From: a virus
Taxonomy: Duplodnaviria > Caudoviricetes
DNA: 42,262 nucleotides
Virus record (IMG/VR): IMGVR_UViG_3300035002_000029
Coordinates: 1 to 42,262 of that record
Direction: 5' to 3' (one strand)
Position numbers and translations under genes: made by a program. The notes below the pieces were generated by a model, which was not told the DNA's origin, made no database searches, and saw only the letters and a program-made list of their open reading frames with translations. Shown in pieces: positions 34,604-42,262 of the stretch. Position 1 is the first letter of the stretch; each line of letters begins with the position of its first letter.

Positions 34604-34969
34604 ATGAGTTCCTTGCTGGCGAAAGCCACTATCGTCTGGCCGATCGCCGCAACGATCACGCCGATCCTGCTCGCGATCGGGCTGCTGTGGCTTCGCACCA
34701 AGTTCGCGGGGGTCGAGGCGCTCGCGACCGCGCAGGCGAAGATCGCGGCGCTCGAAACCGAGGTCGCGCTCCTGAAACTCAAGGTCGCCGAGATCGATGG
34801 CGACATCGATAGCGAGCCGACCCGCGCGCAGGTGATCGACAAGATCGGCAACGCGATCGAGCGGTTGAGCAGGCTCGAAGGCAGCATCGAAGGGATCGAG
34901 CGGCACATGGGCTCGCAGAGCCAGTGGCTGCAGGCGCTCGCGCTGCCGGCATCGGGAGGCGGCCGATGA
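34604..34969 (+). CDS. DUF2730-like membrane/coiled-coil protein
   Basis: N-terminal TM helix, coiled coil, EPTR motif; usual position upstream of Mu gp26/gp27. Confidence 0.7.
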   Translation: MSSLLAKATIVWPIAATITPILLAIGLLWLRTKFAGVEALATAQAKIAALETEVALLKLKVAEIDGDIDSEPTRAQVIDKIGNAIERLSRLEGSIEGIERHMGSQSQWLQALALPASGGGR

Positions 34970-35256
34970 TCCACGCCGCAATCCAGCCGATCATCCGGCG
35001 CGCCATTCTCGATCTCGTCGCCGACGTCGGCGGCGAAGTCAACGATGACACCGTTACCGTCCTGCTCAACGAGCTGGGGCACCGCGTCGGCGGTCCTGAC
35101 GTCGTGACCGAACTGCGCTGGCTTGCCGAGCGCGATCTGCTCAAACTGCAGGACTATCCCGCCCTCGTCGTCGTGTCGTCGACCAGCGCGGGGCGCGCCG
35201 CCGCCGCGGGCACCATGATTTTCGAGGGCGTCTATCGCCACAAGACGGGGGAGTGA
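34966..35256 (+). CDS. Mu gp26-like winged-helix protein
   Basis: RRAILDLV....G.VND...ELRWLAERDLL...T.AG..AAAG...EGV. Confidence 0.75.
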   Translation: MIHAAIQPIIRRAILDLVADVGGEVNDDTVTVLLNELGHRVGGPDVVTELRWLAERDLLKLQDYPALVVVSSTSAGRAAAAGTMIFEGVYRHKTGE

Positions 35257-35257
35257 T

Positions 35258-35782
35258 ATGGCTCCCCGCTCCAGCATCGAGAAAAACCCGGCCCTTCGCG
35301 CTGCCGTCGAGAAGCTGATCGTCGAGGGCGAGCACTCGATCGACGACATCCACGAGGCGGTCGCAGAATATGGGGTCTCGCGCTCCGCAGTCGGTCGCTA
35401 CGCCAATCGATATCGCCCTCTCGTCGAAACGATCATCCGCGATCGCGCCGTCCGCGAGGCGATGCGCAAGCACCTGCCCAGCGGCGTCGATACCGAGCTG
35501 GTCGACATCGCAATCCATCGCGCGCAGTCCGAAGTCCTGCGCGCGATGGACGCGATGGGCGACGACGACGAGGCCGCCAGCCCCGATCGCATCGCCAAAC
35601 TCGTCCGCGCCCTCAATGGCGTGATCAAGGCGATGCGCGACAAGCGCTCGTTCGAGGAGGATATCCGCACCAGCGAGCGCGCCAAGGCGGCCGACGTGGC
35701 CGCCGATGCGATGCGGGAGGCAGGAGTCGGCGGCGACCAGGCCGATTACATCCGCCGAAAGATCATGGGCTTGGTGAAGTGA
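35258..35782 (+). CDS. Putative small terminase (Mu gp27/DUF3486)
   Basis: PRSSIEK...VSRSAVGRY...IRRKIMG. Confidence 0.85.
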   Translation: MAPRSSIEKNPALRAAVEKLIVEGEHSIDDIHEAVAEYGVSRSAVGRYANRYRPLVETIIRDRAVREAMRKHLPSGVDTELVDIAIHRAQSEVLRAMDAMGDDDEAASPDRIAKLVRALNGVIKAMRDKRSFEEDIRTSERAKAADVAADAMREAGVGGDQADYIRRKIMGLVK

Positions 35783-36210
35783 CCGGCGCTGCCGATCCGC
35801 CCCAGCCGTTCAGCCGCTTCGTCGGGCGCCACGTCGGGAAAGCCCCGGCGCCCGCACCCGTTCAGCTCACGCTCGATCTGCGCAAATATGCAATCGGCGC
35901 GGGGTTCACGATCAGCAAGATCTCTCGCAGCCGCGTCCGCGCGTCCGGTAGCTTTCACTTCGAGATGACGGCCCCGAACGGCCGCGCCTGGAATATGCGC
36001 GTCTCCAATCACCTCCGGCCCCGACAGACCGGCCACGCCACGCCCCATGTTGATCTTGTCACCTTCGACGGGCTGTCCGGCCTCGAAGTGGGGCGCGCGC
36101 TGATCGACCAGATCGTGGCCGGCGACGTGCCTTGGTTCGATCCTGCACCGACAGTGCGCCGGCTGCAGCCCGCGAAAATGCGCAAGGGGAAGCGTCGATG
36201 CCGGACGTAA
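35779..36210 (+). CDS. Hypothetical protein between the terminase genes
   Basis: GTGA-coupled start; S.SFHF and MRVSNH motifs. Confidence 0.6.
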   Translation: MTGAADPPQPFSRFVGRHVGKAPAPAPVQLTLDLRKYAIGAGFTISKISRSRVRASGSFHFEMTAPNGRAWNMRVSNHLRPRQTGHATPHVDLVTFDGLSGLEVGRALIDQIVAGDVPWFDPAPTVRRLQPAKMRKGKRRCRT

Positions 36211-37871
36211 CCTCCGAGGTGCCGTCGATCCTGCTGTCCTATCAGCAGGAAACGATCGAGCTTTCCGAACAGCACGACTTCCTTGTGGTCGAAAAGTCGC
36301 GGCGTATCGGCCTGTCCTATGGCGTTTCGCCTCTGGCAGTCCTCGCCGCGTCGCTCGCGAACGGCGCTCAGAACGTCTATTACGTCGGCTACAACCTCGA
36401 CATGGCGCGCGAGTTCATCGGCTATTGCGCCGACTTCGCCACCGCCTTTGAAGAGGTCCGCGTCTCGCTCCCGAGCGAGGAGGTCGATCTCGTCGTTCGC
36501 CGCGAGGATGGCAGCTATCTCAACGCCGAGGGCAATGTCCTCGTCGACGCTCGCGATGGCGACTATCACGATGACGTCGTTGTCCGCGAGGCGCAGGGTG
36601 GCTTCCTGATCAAGGGCGAGGCCGGGAAGTCGGTCAAGGCGTTCCGGGTCGACTTTGCGTCAGGCAAGGCCGTGGTGGCGCTGCCCTCCAGCCCGCGATC
36701 GGTGCGCGGTAAGCAGGGCATCTTCATTATCGATGAAGCGGCATTTCACGATAATCTGGAGGAGCTGATCAAGGCGATCCTCGCCGCCCTCATGTGGGGC
36801 GGACGCGTGATCGTCATCTCGACCCATGACGGCACCGACAATTTCTTCAACACGCTGGTCGAAGAGATCCGCACGGGTAAACGCGGCGGACATGTCCAGC
36901 GCATCACCCTCAAAGATGCGCTCGCCGCGGGGCTCTATCAGCGCATCTGCCTTGTCCAGGGCAAGGAATGGTCGCCGGAGGCTGAAGCCAAATGGGAGGC
37001 TGATCTCCGCAGGAAATATGGCAGCGCCGCCGACGAGGAGCTGGACGTCATCCCCGCCCGAGGAACGGGCACCTATCTGGCACGCGCAACCATCCTCGAA
37101 GCGATGTCGAAGGAGCTGCCCGTCGTTCGCCTCGCGTGTCCCGATGGGTTCGAGCGCTGGGGGGAAAAGCCGCGCCGCTCATGGCTGACGGACTTTCTCG
37201 AAGACGAGGTCAAGCCTTGGCTCGATGCCTTCAATCCTACGCGCCGGACCTTCATGGGGCAGGACTTCGCGCGCAGCGGTGACGTCTCGCCGATCATGTT
37301 CGGCCAGCATGACGAGATGATGCGGCTGCACGCCCGCCTGACGCTGGAGATGCGCAATGTGCCCTTCTCCGATCAGGAGTTCGTCGTCGAGTGGCTGATC
37401 GATCGCGTCCCGCATTTCGCAGGCGGCAAGATGGACGGGCGCGGCAATGGCTCGGCGCTCGCTGAGAAAATGCAGCAGCTCTACGGCTTCGACGTGATCG
37501 AGGCCGTGATGGCCACCGACAAGACCTACCTCCAATATATGCCCCTGCTCAAATCGGGGATCGAGGACCGCACATTTATCATCCCCTACGACGAAGGCGT
37601 CCTCGACGACTTCCGCATGATCAAGCAGGTGCGCGGCATCCCCAAGATCCCAGAGCGTCCCGCCACCGCGCGAGAGGACGGCAAGATCGTGAAGCGCCAC
37701 GGCGACACCGCGATCGCCGGCATGCACCTCGTCGCTGCCGCCAACGAGGATCCGGGCGACATCGAGTTCGAAGGGACCGGCGCACGCGACAGCACATCCG
37801 GCGAGTTCGAGATCACCGACCGCGGCTTCGGCTCCGTCACTCGCCATTCATCGGAAGGATTTGAGCTATGA
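36198..37871 (+). CDS. Large terminase (Mu gp28-like)
   Basis: LLSYQ, EKSRRIGLS, RGKQG..IIDEAAFH, ISTHDG, GQDFARSGD and HGDTAIA motifs. Confidence 0.95.
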   Translation: MPDVTSEVPSILLSYQQETIELSEQHDFLVVEKSRRIGLSYGVSPLAVLAASLANGAQNVYYVGYNLDMAREFIGYCADFATAFEEVRVSLPSEEVDLVVRREDGSYLNAEGNVLVDARDGDYHDDVVVREAQGGFLIKGEAGKSVKAFRVDFASGKAVVALPSSPRSVRGKQGIFIIDEAAFHDNLEELIKAILAALMWGGRVIVISTHDGTDNFFNTLVEEIRTGKRGGHVQRITLKDALAAGLYQRICLVQGKEWSPEAEAKWEADLRRKYGSAADEELDVIPARGTGTYLARATILEAMSKELPVVRLACPDGFERWGEKPRRSWLTDFLEDEVKPWLDAFNPTRRTFMGQDFARSGDVSPIMFGQHDEMMRLHARLTLEMRNVPFSDQEFVVEWLIDRVPHFAGGKMDGRGNGSALAEKMQQLYGFDVIEAVMATDKTYLQYMPLLKSGIEDRTFIIPYDEGVLDDFRMIKQVRGIPKIPERPATAREDGKIVKRHGDTAIAGMHLVAAANEDPGDIEFEGTGARDSTSGEFEITDRGFGSVTRHSSEGFEL

Positions 37872-39919
37872 TCGCTCCCACCAGCAAGCGCAGCCGCGCT
37901 GCTGCTCCTCGCGCAACCAAGGCCGAACTCTTCGCCGAGATCGCATCGACGGCGGATGGCAAGGATATCACGCGCCCTTTCCTCACCGGCCTGCAGGAGC
38001 CCCGCGATCCCCGGCTGCGCGGCGCGGTCGATTGGGGTGTCTATGATCGCATCCTGCAGGACGATCAGGTCTACTCCACGCTCCAGCAGCGCTTCCTCGC
38101 CGTCATTTCGCGCAACTGGAGCGTGGTTCCCGGAGATGACAAGGATCCGCGATCGGTCGAGGCCTCCGATCGTTTCGCCGACACCGTCGCGCGGATTGGC
38201 TGGGATCGCATCACGCAAAAGATGCTCTATGCGATCCCCAACGGCATCGCGGTGGCAGAGGTTATGTGGGCCGAGCGCGATGGCCTGATCGATATCGACA
38301 GGATCAAGGTTCGCCACGCGCGCCGTTTCCGTTTCGATGCTGAGAACCGGCTCCGCCTCCTGACTTCGGTCGGTGGCCTCGGCACGATCATGCCCGACCG
38401 CAAGTTCTGGGTCTTCACAATGGGCGGCTCGGACGATGACGAGCGATACGGCCGCGGCCTCGCCGAATGGCTCTATTGGCCCACGCTCTTCAAGCGCAAC
38501 GGCATCCGCTTTTGGAATATCTTCCTCGACAAGTTCGGCGCCCCGACCGCTGTGGGCAAATATCGCCCCGGCACGCCCAAGAGCGAGCAGAAGAAGCTGT
38601 TGGCAGCGCTGCAGGCCATCACCACCGACAGCGGCATCATCCTTCCCGAGGGCATGGCAGTGACGCTGCTGGAAGCCGTGCGCTCGGGCGGCGGTGATCA
38701 CGACAAGATGGTCCGTTACATGGACGAGGCGATCGCCAAGATCGTGCTGTCCCAGACGATGACCACGCAGGACGGCGCGAGCCTCAGTCAGGCGCAGGTC
38801 CACCAAGGCGTCAAGATGGAGGTCGTTTCGTCCGACGCCGACCTGCAGTGCGACAGCTTCAATGAAACCGTCGCCCGTTGGTGGACCGACCTCAACTACG
38901 GCCATGACGTGGCCAGCCCGCGCGTCACGCGCGAGGTCGAGGAGGAAGAGGACACCCAGGCGCAGGCGGAGACCGATACCGAGCTTGAAAAGCAGGGCTG
39001 GGTTCGCACGCCCGAGAGCTTCCGGGACGTCTATGGCGATGGTTTCGTCCGCAAGGAAAAGGCGGCGGAGCCGGACGAAGGCGCCGATGGCGACCGCTCG
39101 GACGTCGCCGATCCCGACAAGGGCGACGAAGGCGCGAACGACAACGATCTGCAGGATCCGAACGTCAACGATCGCACCGCCAGTTTCGCGGCCGACGATC
39201 CGCGCCCGCTCTATGTCTGCCGTCCGCTCGTCAATGCCGACGAACTGATTGCCTGGGCTCGCGAGCAGGGCTTCAAATCGGTCATCCCCGCCGAGGAGAT
39301 GCACGTCACTGTCACCTATTCCAAGCGCCCGGTGAACTGGCTCAAGATGGGCGGCTTTTGGGGATGGGGGCCGGATACTTCCGACCATCTCGTCCCGATG
39401 GGCGGCCCGCGGATCGTCGAGGCGATCGGCGATCAGGGCGCCGTCGCGCTGCACTTCGCCTCTGGTCACCTTTACCAGCGCAATCGCGAGATGCGCGATG
39501 CCGGTGCGAGCTGGGATTACGCGGATTATATGCCGCACGTCACGCTCACCTACGACGCTGGCGACGTCGACCTGTCGAAGGTCACGCCGTATCGCGGCGA
39601 GTTGCGCTTCGGCCCCGAGATGTTCGAGCCGATCCAAACCGATTGGGAAAAGGACGTCGCCGAGGCCAGCTTCGCCGAGGGCGACATCCCCGACGCCCAG
39701 GAGGACAAGCTCGTCGACGATCTGATCGCTCGCGATGGCTACCGCGCCACGCGCGCCCTCACCGATCCGATGCTCGATGCCATCCGCAGCGCCAAAACCG
39801 CCGCCGAGCTGATAGCCGCACTCAACGCTGGCGTCGGCGACGAGGCGCCGATCGCCGCCGACCTCGAACGTGCCGGCCTCGCGGCAGCCCTAGACGCTGG
39901 AGAAGGCGACGATGGCTGA
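37868..39919 (+). CDS. Portal protein (Mu gp29/DUF935) with an inserted 2H phosphoesterase (Acb1-like) domain
   Basis: YGRGL..LYWP..FKR....FW..FLDKFG.P and IAKIVLSQTMTT motifs; HVT motifs at 39302 and 39536. Confidence 0.9.
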   Translation: MIAPTSKRSRAAAPRATKAELFAEIASTADGKDITRPFLTGLQEPRDPRLRGAVDWGVYDRILQDDQVYSTLQQRFLAVISRNWSVVPGDDKDPRSVEASDRFADTVARIGWDRITQKMLYAIPNGIAVAEVMWAERDGLIDIDRIKVRHARRFRFDAENRLRLLTSVGGLGTIMPDRKFWVFTMGGSDDDERYGRGLAEWLYWPTLFKRNGIRFWNIFLDKFGAPTAVGKYRPGTPKSEQKKLLAALQAITTDSGIILPEGMAVTLLEAVRSGGGDHDKMVRYMDEAIAKIVLSQTMTTQDGASLSQAQVHQGVKMEVVSSDADLQCDSFNETVARWWTDLNYGHDVASPRVTREVEEEEDTQAQAETDTELEKQGWVRTPESFRDVYGDGFVRKEKAAEPDEGADGDRSDVADPDKGDEGANDNDLQDPNVNDRTASFAADDPRPLYVCRPLVNADELIAWAREQGFKSVIPAEEMHVTVTYSKRPVNWLKMGGFWGWGPDTSDHLVPMGGPRIVEAIGDQGAVALHFASGHLYQRNREMRDAGASWDYADYMPHVTLTYDAGDVDLSKVTPYRGELRFGPEMFEPIQTDWEKDVAEASFAEGDIPDAQEDKLVDDLIARDGYRATRALTDPMLDAIRSAKTAAELIAALNAGVGDEAPIAADLERAGLAAALDAGEGDDG

Positions 39920-41120
39920 GCGGCCGCCTCTCCGCGACACAATCTACCTCGATTCGGGCGACATCATTGCCGCTTGGGCCGAGCGGTCGCAATATCGCCT
40001 CTCCGTCCATTGGACCGACACATATCAGGAGGAGCACGCCTCCTCATTCACGGTCGCGAAGATCGTCAAGCTCGATCTCCTGACGTCGATCAAAGTCTCG
40101 CTCGACGACGTCATCCGCAACGGCGGAACCTTTGAGCAATGGCAGGCGAGCATCATGCCCGAGCTGAAAAAACACGGCTGGTGGGGCGTAGTCCAGAATG
40201 AAGAACTGACGGGTACGCCCGATCCCGTTGTGGTGGACGAACGCCGCCTGCGCAACATCTACCGCACCAACGTCCGGATGAGCATCGCCGCTGGGCGCTG
40301 GCGCAAGTATCAGCGCGAAAAGGCGATCTTTCCCTACATCCGGTACATCTCGGACCATTATCGCAAGCACCCGCGGCTCGACCACAAGAGCTGGCATGGC
40401 ATCATCCTGCCGGTCGATGATCCGGCGTGGCAGTGGATGTTCCCGCCGAACGGTTGGGGCTGCAATTGCCGACCGGAGCAGGTTAGCCAAGCGCGGATGG
40501 ATCGCATGGGCTGGAAGGTCAGCGAGGCGCCCAACCCACCGCGTCGCGACTTTGTGACAGCGGCAGGCGAGATCGTATCGGTGCCTGATGGCGTGGCGCC
40601 CGGCTTCGCTTATAATCCGGGCACCGCTCACCTCCGCGTCGTCGCCGATCGCGCGACGGCCTCGCTTGCCAATGCGGTGGCCGCCGGTCTCGAAGATATC
40701 GCCCGCCAGACCCTGCGTGAGCTGGTTGCCGATCCGTCGTTCGATCAATTCCTGTCGATGCCCGATCCGCAGTTCCCGGTCATGATCCTCGACGACGTGA
40801 TGGCCGGCGCGATCGGCGCCAAGCAGCGCGTCGCCGTGCTGTCCGAGGCCACCCTCGAAAAGCAGGTCCGCAAGCGCGGCGATCTGCCAGTCGAAGTCTA
40901 TCGCAAGCTGCCCAGCCTCGGCGATCGCCCCGACATCGTCGCGCGCGACGGCGACAATGTTCTGATCATCACCCGCGAGGCCGATGGCGCGTGGGTCGTT
41001 GCGATCGTGAAACGCACCGCCAGCGGCGAAGGGCTGTTCGTCGTGAGCGTGCGTCAGCAAAACGAGGCATCGCTTCCGCGGCTCCTCCGCGACGCGGAGA
41101 TCATTCTTGATCGGCGGTAG
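39912..41120 (+). CDS. MuF/gp30 head morphogenesis protein with C-terminal PBECR2-like nuclease-fold extension
   Basis: RLRNIYRTN, H.SWHG.ILPVDDP.W...FPPNGWGCNC and GFAYNPG; then LSEATLEKQ...VAIVKRT.SGEGLFVVSVR. Confidence 0.85.
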   Translation: MAERPPLRDTIYLDSGDIIAAWAERSQYRLSVHWTDTYQEEHASSFTVAKIVKLDLLTSIKVSLDDVIRNGGTFEQWQASIMPELKKHGWWGVVQNEELTGTPDPVVVDERRLRNIYRTNVRMSIAAGRWRKYQREKAIFPYIRYISDHYRKHPRLDHKSWHGIILPVDDPAWQWMFPPNGWGCNCRPEQVSQARMDRMGWKVSEAPNPPRRDFVTAAGEIVSVPDGVAPGFAYNPGTAHLRVVADRATASLANAVAAGLEDIARQTLRELVADPSFDQFLSMPDPQFPVMILDDVMAGAIGAKQRVAVLSEATLEKQVRKRGDLPVEVYRKLPSLGDRPDIVARDGDNVLIITREADGAWVVAIVKRTASGEGLFVVSVRQQNEASLPRLLRDAEIILDRR

Positions 41121-41126
41121 GGAACG

Positions 41127-41224
41127 TGGACGCGCGGCGAGGACTTGCATCCCTCACATGGCGCTCCGTCAGCCCATCGGCTGGCGTGCTACGGCCGCAA
41201 GGTTCACCGTGTCACGCGCGTCCT
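41127..41224 (-). ncRNA. Candidate ~96-nt cloverleaf RNA with complementary loops
   Basis: 9-bp closing stem 41128-36/41215-23, three internal hairpins, CUUGC/GCAAG loop complementarity, dedicated promoter. Confidence 0.7.
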
Positions 41225-41230
41225 GTGCTT

Positions 41231-41259
41231 CATATAGCACCGCGCCGGCTAATTCTCAA
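41231..41259 (-). promoter_or_regulatory. Sigma70-type promoter for the ncRNA
   Basis: TTGAGA (41259-54), 17 bp, TATATG (41236-31) with extended TG; predicted +1 at about 41224. Confidence 0.7.
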
Positions 41260-41391
41260 TTCCCGCCGTCAGAGGCGGGGGTAGGGGCGTTGGAGCGCCC
41301 CAGAACCGATGGACAGCACCCATCATGGCCCAACCGATCCCGCTCTAGAAAACAGGTAGCTGGATCATCCCGCCCGTCCGACCGGACAGGC

Positions 41392-41406
41392 GAACGACTA
41401 GGGAAC
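41392..41406. promoter_or_regulatory. LexA (SOS) box upstream of the methylase
   Basis: GAAC-GACTAGG-GAAC. Confidence 0.6.
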
Positions 41407-41407
41407 A

Positions 41408-42262
41408 ATGATAACTGTGTCGAGTCCGTCTCACCCCGCGGCCGAGGGGCTGATGCCCGTCGCGCCCACCCGTCCCGTCGCCGGTTATATCGGCGGCAAG
41501 CGCAACCTTGCAAAGCGCGTCATCGAGCGCATCAACACAATACCCCATTCCGCCTATGCCGAGCCTTTCGTGGGCATGGGTGGCATCTTCCTCCGCCGCA
41601 ATCTCCGGCCGAAGGCGGAGGCGATCAACGACTGGTCGACCGACGTCGCGACCTTCTTCCGGATCCTGCAGCGGCACTATGTGCCGTTCATGGATATGCT
41701 CCGCTTCGAGCTGACGACGCGCACCCGCTTCGAGCAGCTCCTGCGCACCGATCCGACGACGCTCACCGACTTGGAGCGGGCAGCGCGCTTCCTCTACCTC
41801 CAGCGGGCGGCGTTCGGCGGCAAGGTATCGGGCCGCGTCTTTGGCGTCTCGCCGACGACGCCCGCGCGCTTCGACATCACCAAGCTCGGGCCGATGCTGG
41901 AGGCCGCCCATGAACGCCTCGCGCCTGTCACGATCGAGCGCTTGCCTTGGGCGGACTTCATCACCCGCTACGACCGGCCCGGCATGCTCTTCTATCTCGA
42001 TCCACCCTACTACGGATCCGAGAAAGACTATGTCGGCGACGATCGCCAGCCGCTTTTCGAGCGAGCGGAGTTCGAGGCGATGGCGGAGCAGCTCGGAGGC
42101 CTGCAGGGTCGCTTCCTGCTCAGCATCAACGATCATCCGGACGTCCGCGCGATGTTCGCCGCCTTTGATTTTGAGGCCGTCGAAACCACCTATCAGGTCG
42201 GCGGCATGGACAAGGCCAAGCGCGTCGGCGAACTCATCATTTCAGGAGGCGCTGGAGCATAG
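41408..42262 (+). CDS. DNA adenine methylase (Dam/D12 class); true start may be the later ATG of MPVAPT
   Basis: YIGGK, YAEPFVGMGG, EAIND and FYLDPPY motifs; occupies the terminal position held by mom in Mu. Confidence 0.93.
   Translation: MITVSSPSHPAAEGLMPVAPTRPVAGYIGGKRNLAKRVIERINTIPHSAYAEPFVGMGGIFLRRNLRPKAEAINDWSTDVATFFRILQRHYVPFMDMLRFELTTRTRFEQLLRTDPTTLTDLERAARFLYLQRAAFGGKVSGRVFGVSPTTPARFDITKLGPMLEAAHERLAPVTIERLPWADFITRYDRPGMLFYLDPPYYGSEKDYVGDDRQPLFERAEFEAMAEQLGGLQGRFLLSINDHPDVRAMFAAFDFEAVETTYQVGGMDKAKRVGELIISGGAGA

Larger units (their letters stand above)
1553..42262. mobile_element. Mu-like transposable prophage, siphovirus-type tail; right end beyond the window
   Basis: DDE transposase A, B ATPase, Ner, Gam, GemA, Mor/C, Mu-type terminase/portal/MuF/protease, full tail and lysis genes; TG-initiated end with repeats. 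Confidence 0.93.

Noticed and set aside
36198-37871. Intein in the large terminase
   Set aside because: The insertion is short and lacks the N-terminal Cys/Ser block and the His-Asn C-terminus
41127-41224. Canonical tRNA or simple terminator
   Set aside because: No 7-nt anticodon loop or TTCRA T-loop; no U-tract on either strand
41262-41300. Two GC hairpins with GGGGGT as a fourth late promoter
   Set aside because: Poor match to the CGTCCG-N4-CGGACG dyad and no TAGA-like -10
41107-41913. Com-like or immunity ORF after MuF
   Set aside because: The ORF is Arg/Pro-rich shadow sequence overlapping the methylase; no CxxC pairs or convincing RBS-led small ORF

Overview
High-GC alphaproteobacterial DNA; the gene content and a REP-like palindrome suggest a sphingomonad host such as Sphingopyxis (inference). 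Bases 1-1552 are host: a lipoprotein and a divergent S24 repressor / small HTH pair. From about 1553 to the end of the window is a nearly complete Mu-like transposable prophage with a non-contractile tail; its right end is not in the window. The left end starts TGTAG, followed by three CGCGCCAAAAA repeats. Order: lysis <- tail <- head (minus strand), a central moron cluster (DUF4238-like, TIR, lipoprotein), CI-like repressor | Ner, transposase A, B ATPase, Gam, GemA, Mor/C, an accessory block, then terminase, portal, MuF and a Dam-type methylase (plus strand). Most notable: (1) a ~96-nt cloverleaf RNA with complementary loops and its own sigma70-type promoter, convergent on a MuF gene with a BECR-type nuclease extension and no protein immunity gene; (2) a portal carrying an Acb1-like 2H phosphoesterase bracketed by the SFA(A/E) motif that recurs in the protease/scaffold; (3) an array of three cassettes bounded by alternating 28/29-bp recombination-site-like palindromes with a fixed 20-bp spacing; (4) three alphaproteobacterial LexA boxes, before the TIR gene, the DUF4238 operon and the methylase; (5) a three-copy late-promoter dyad. 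All family assignments are by motif recognition from memory; no database searches were run.
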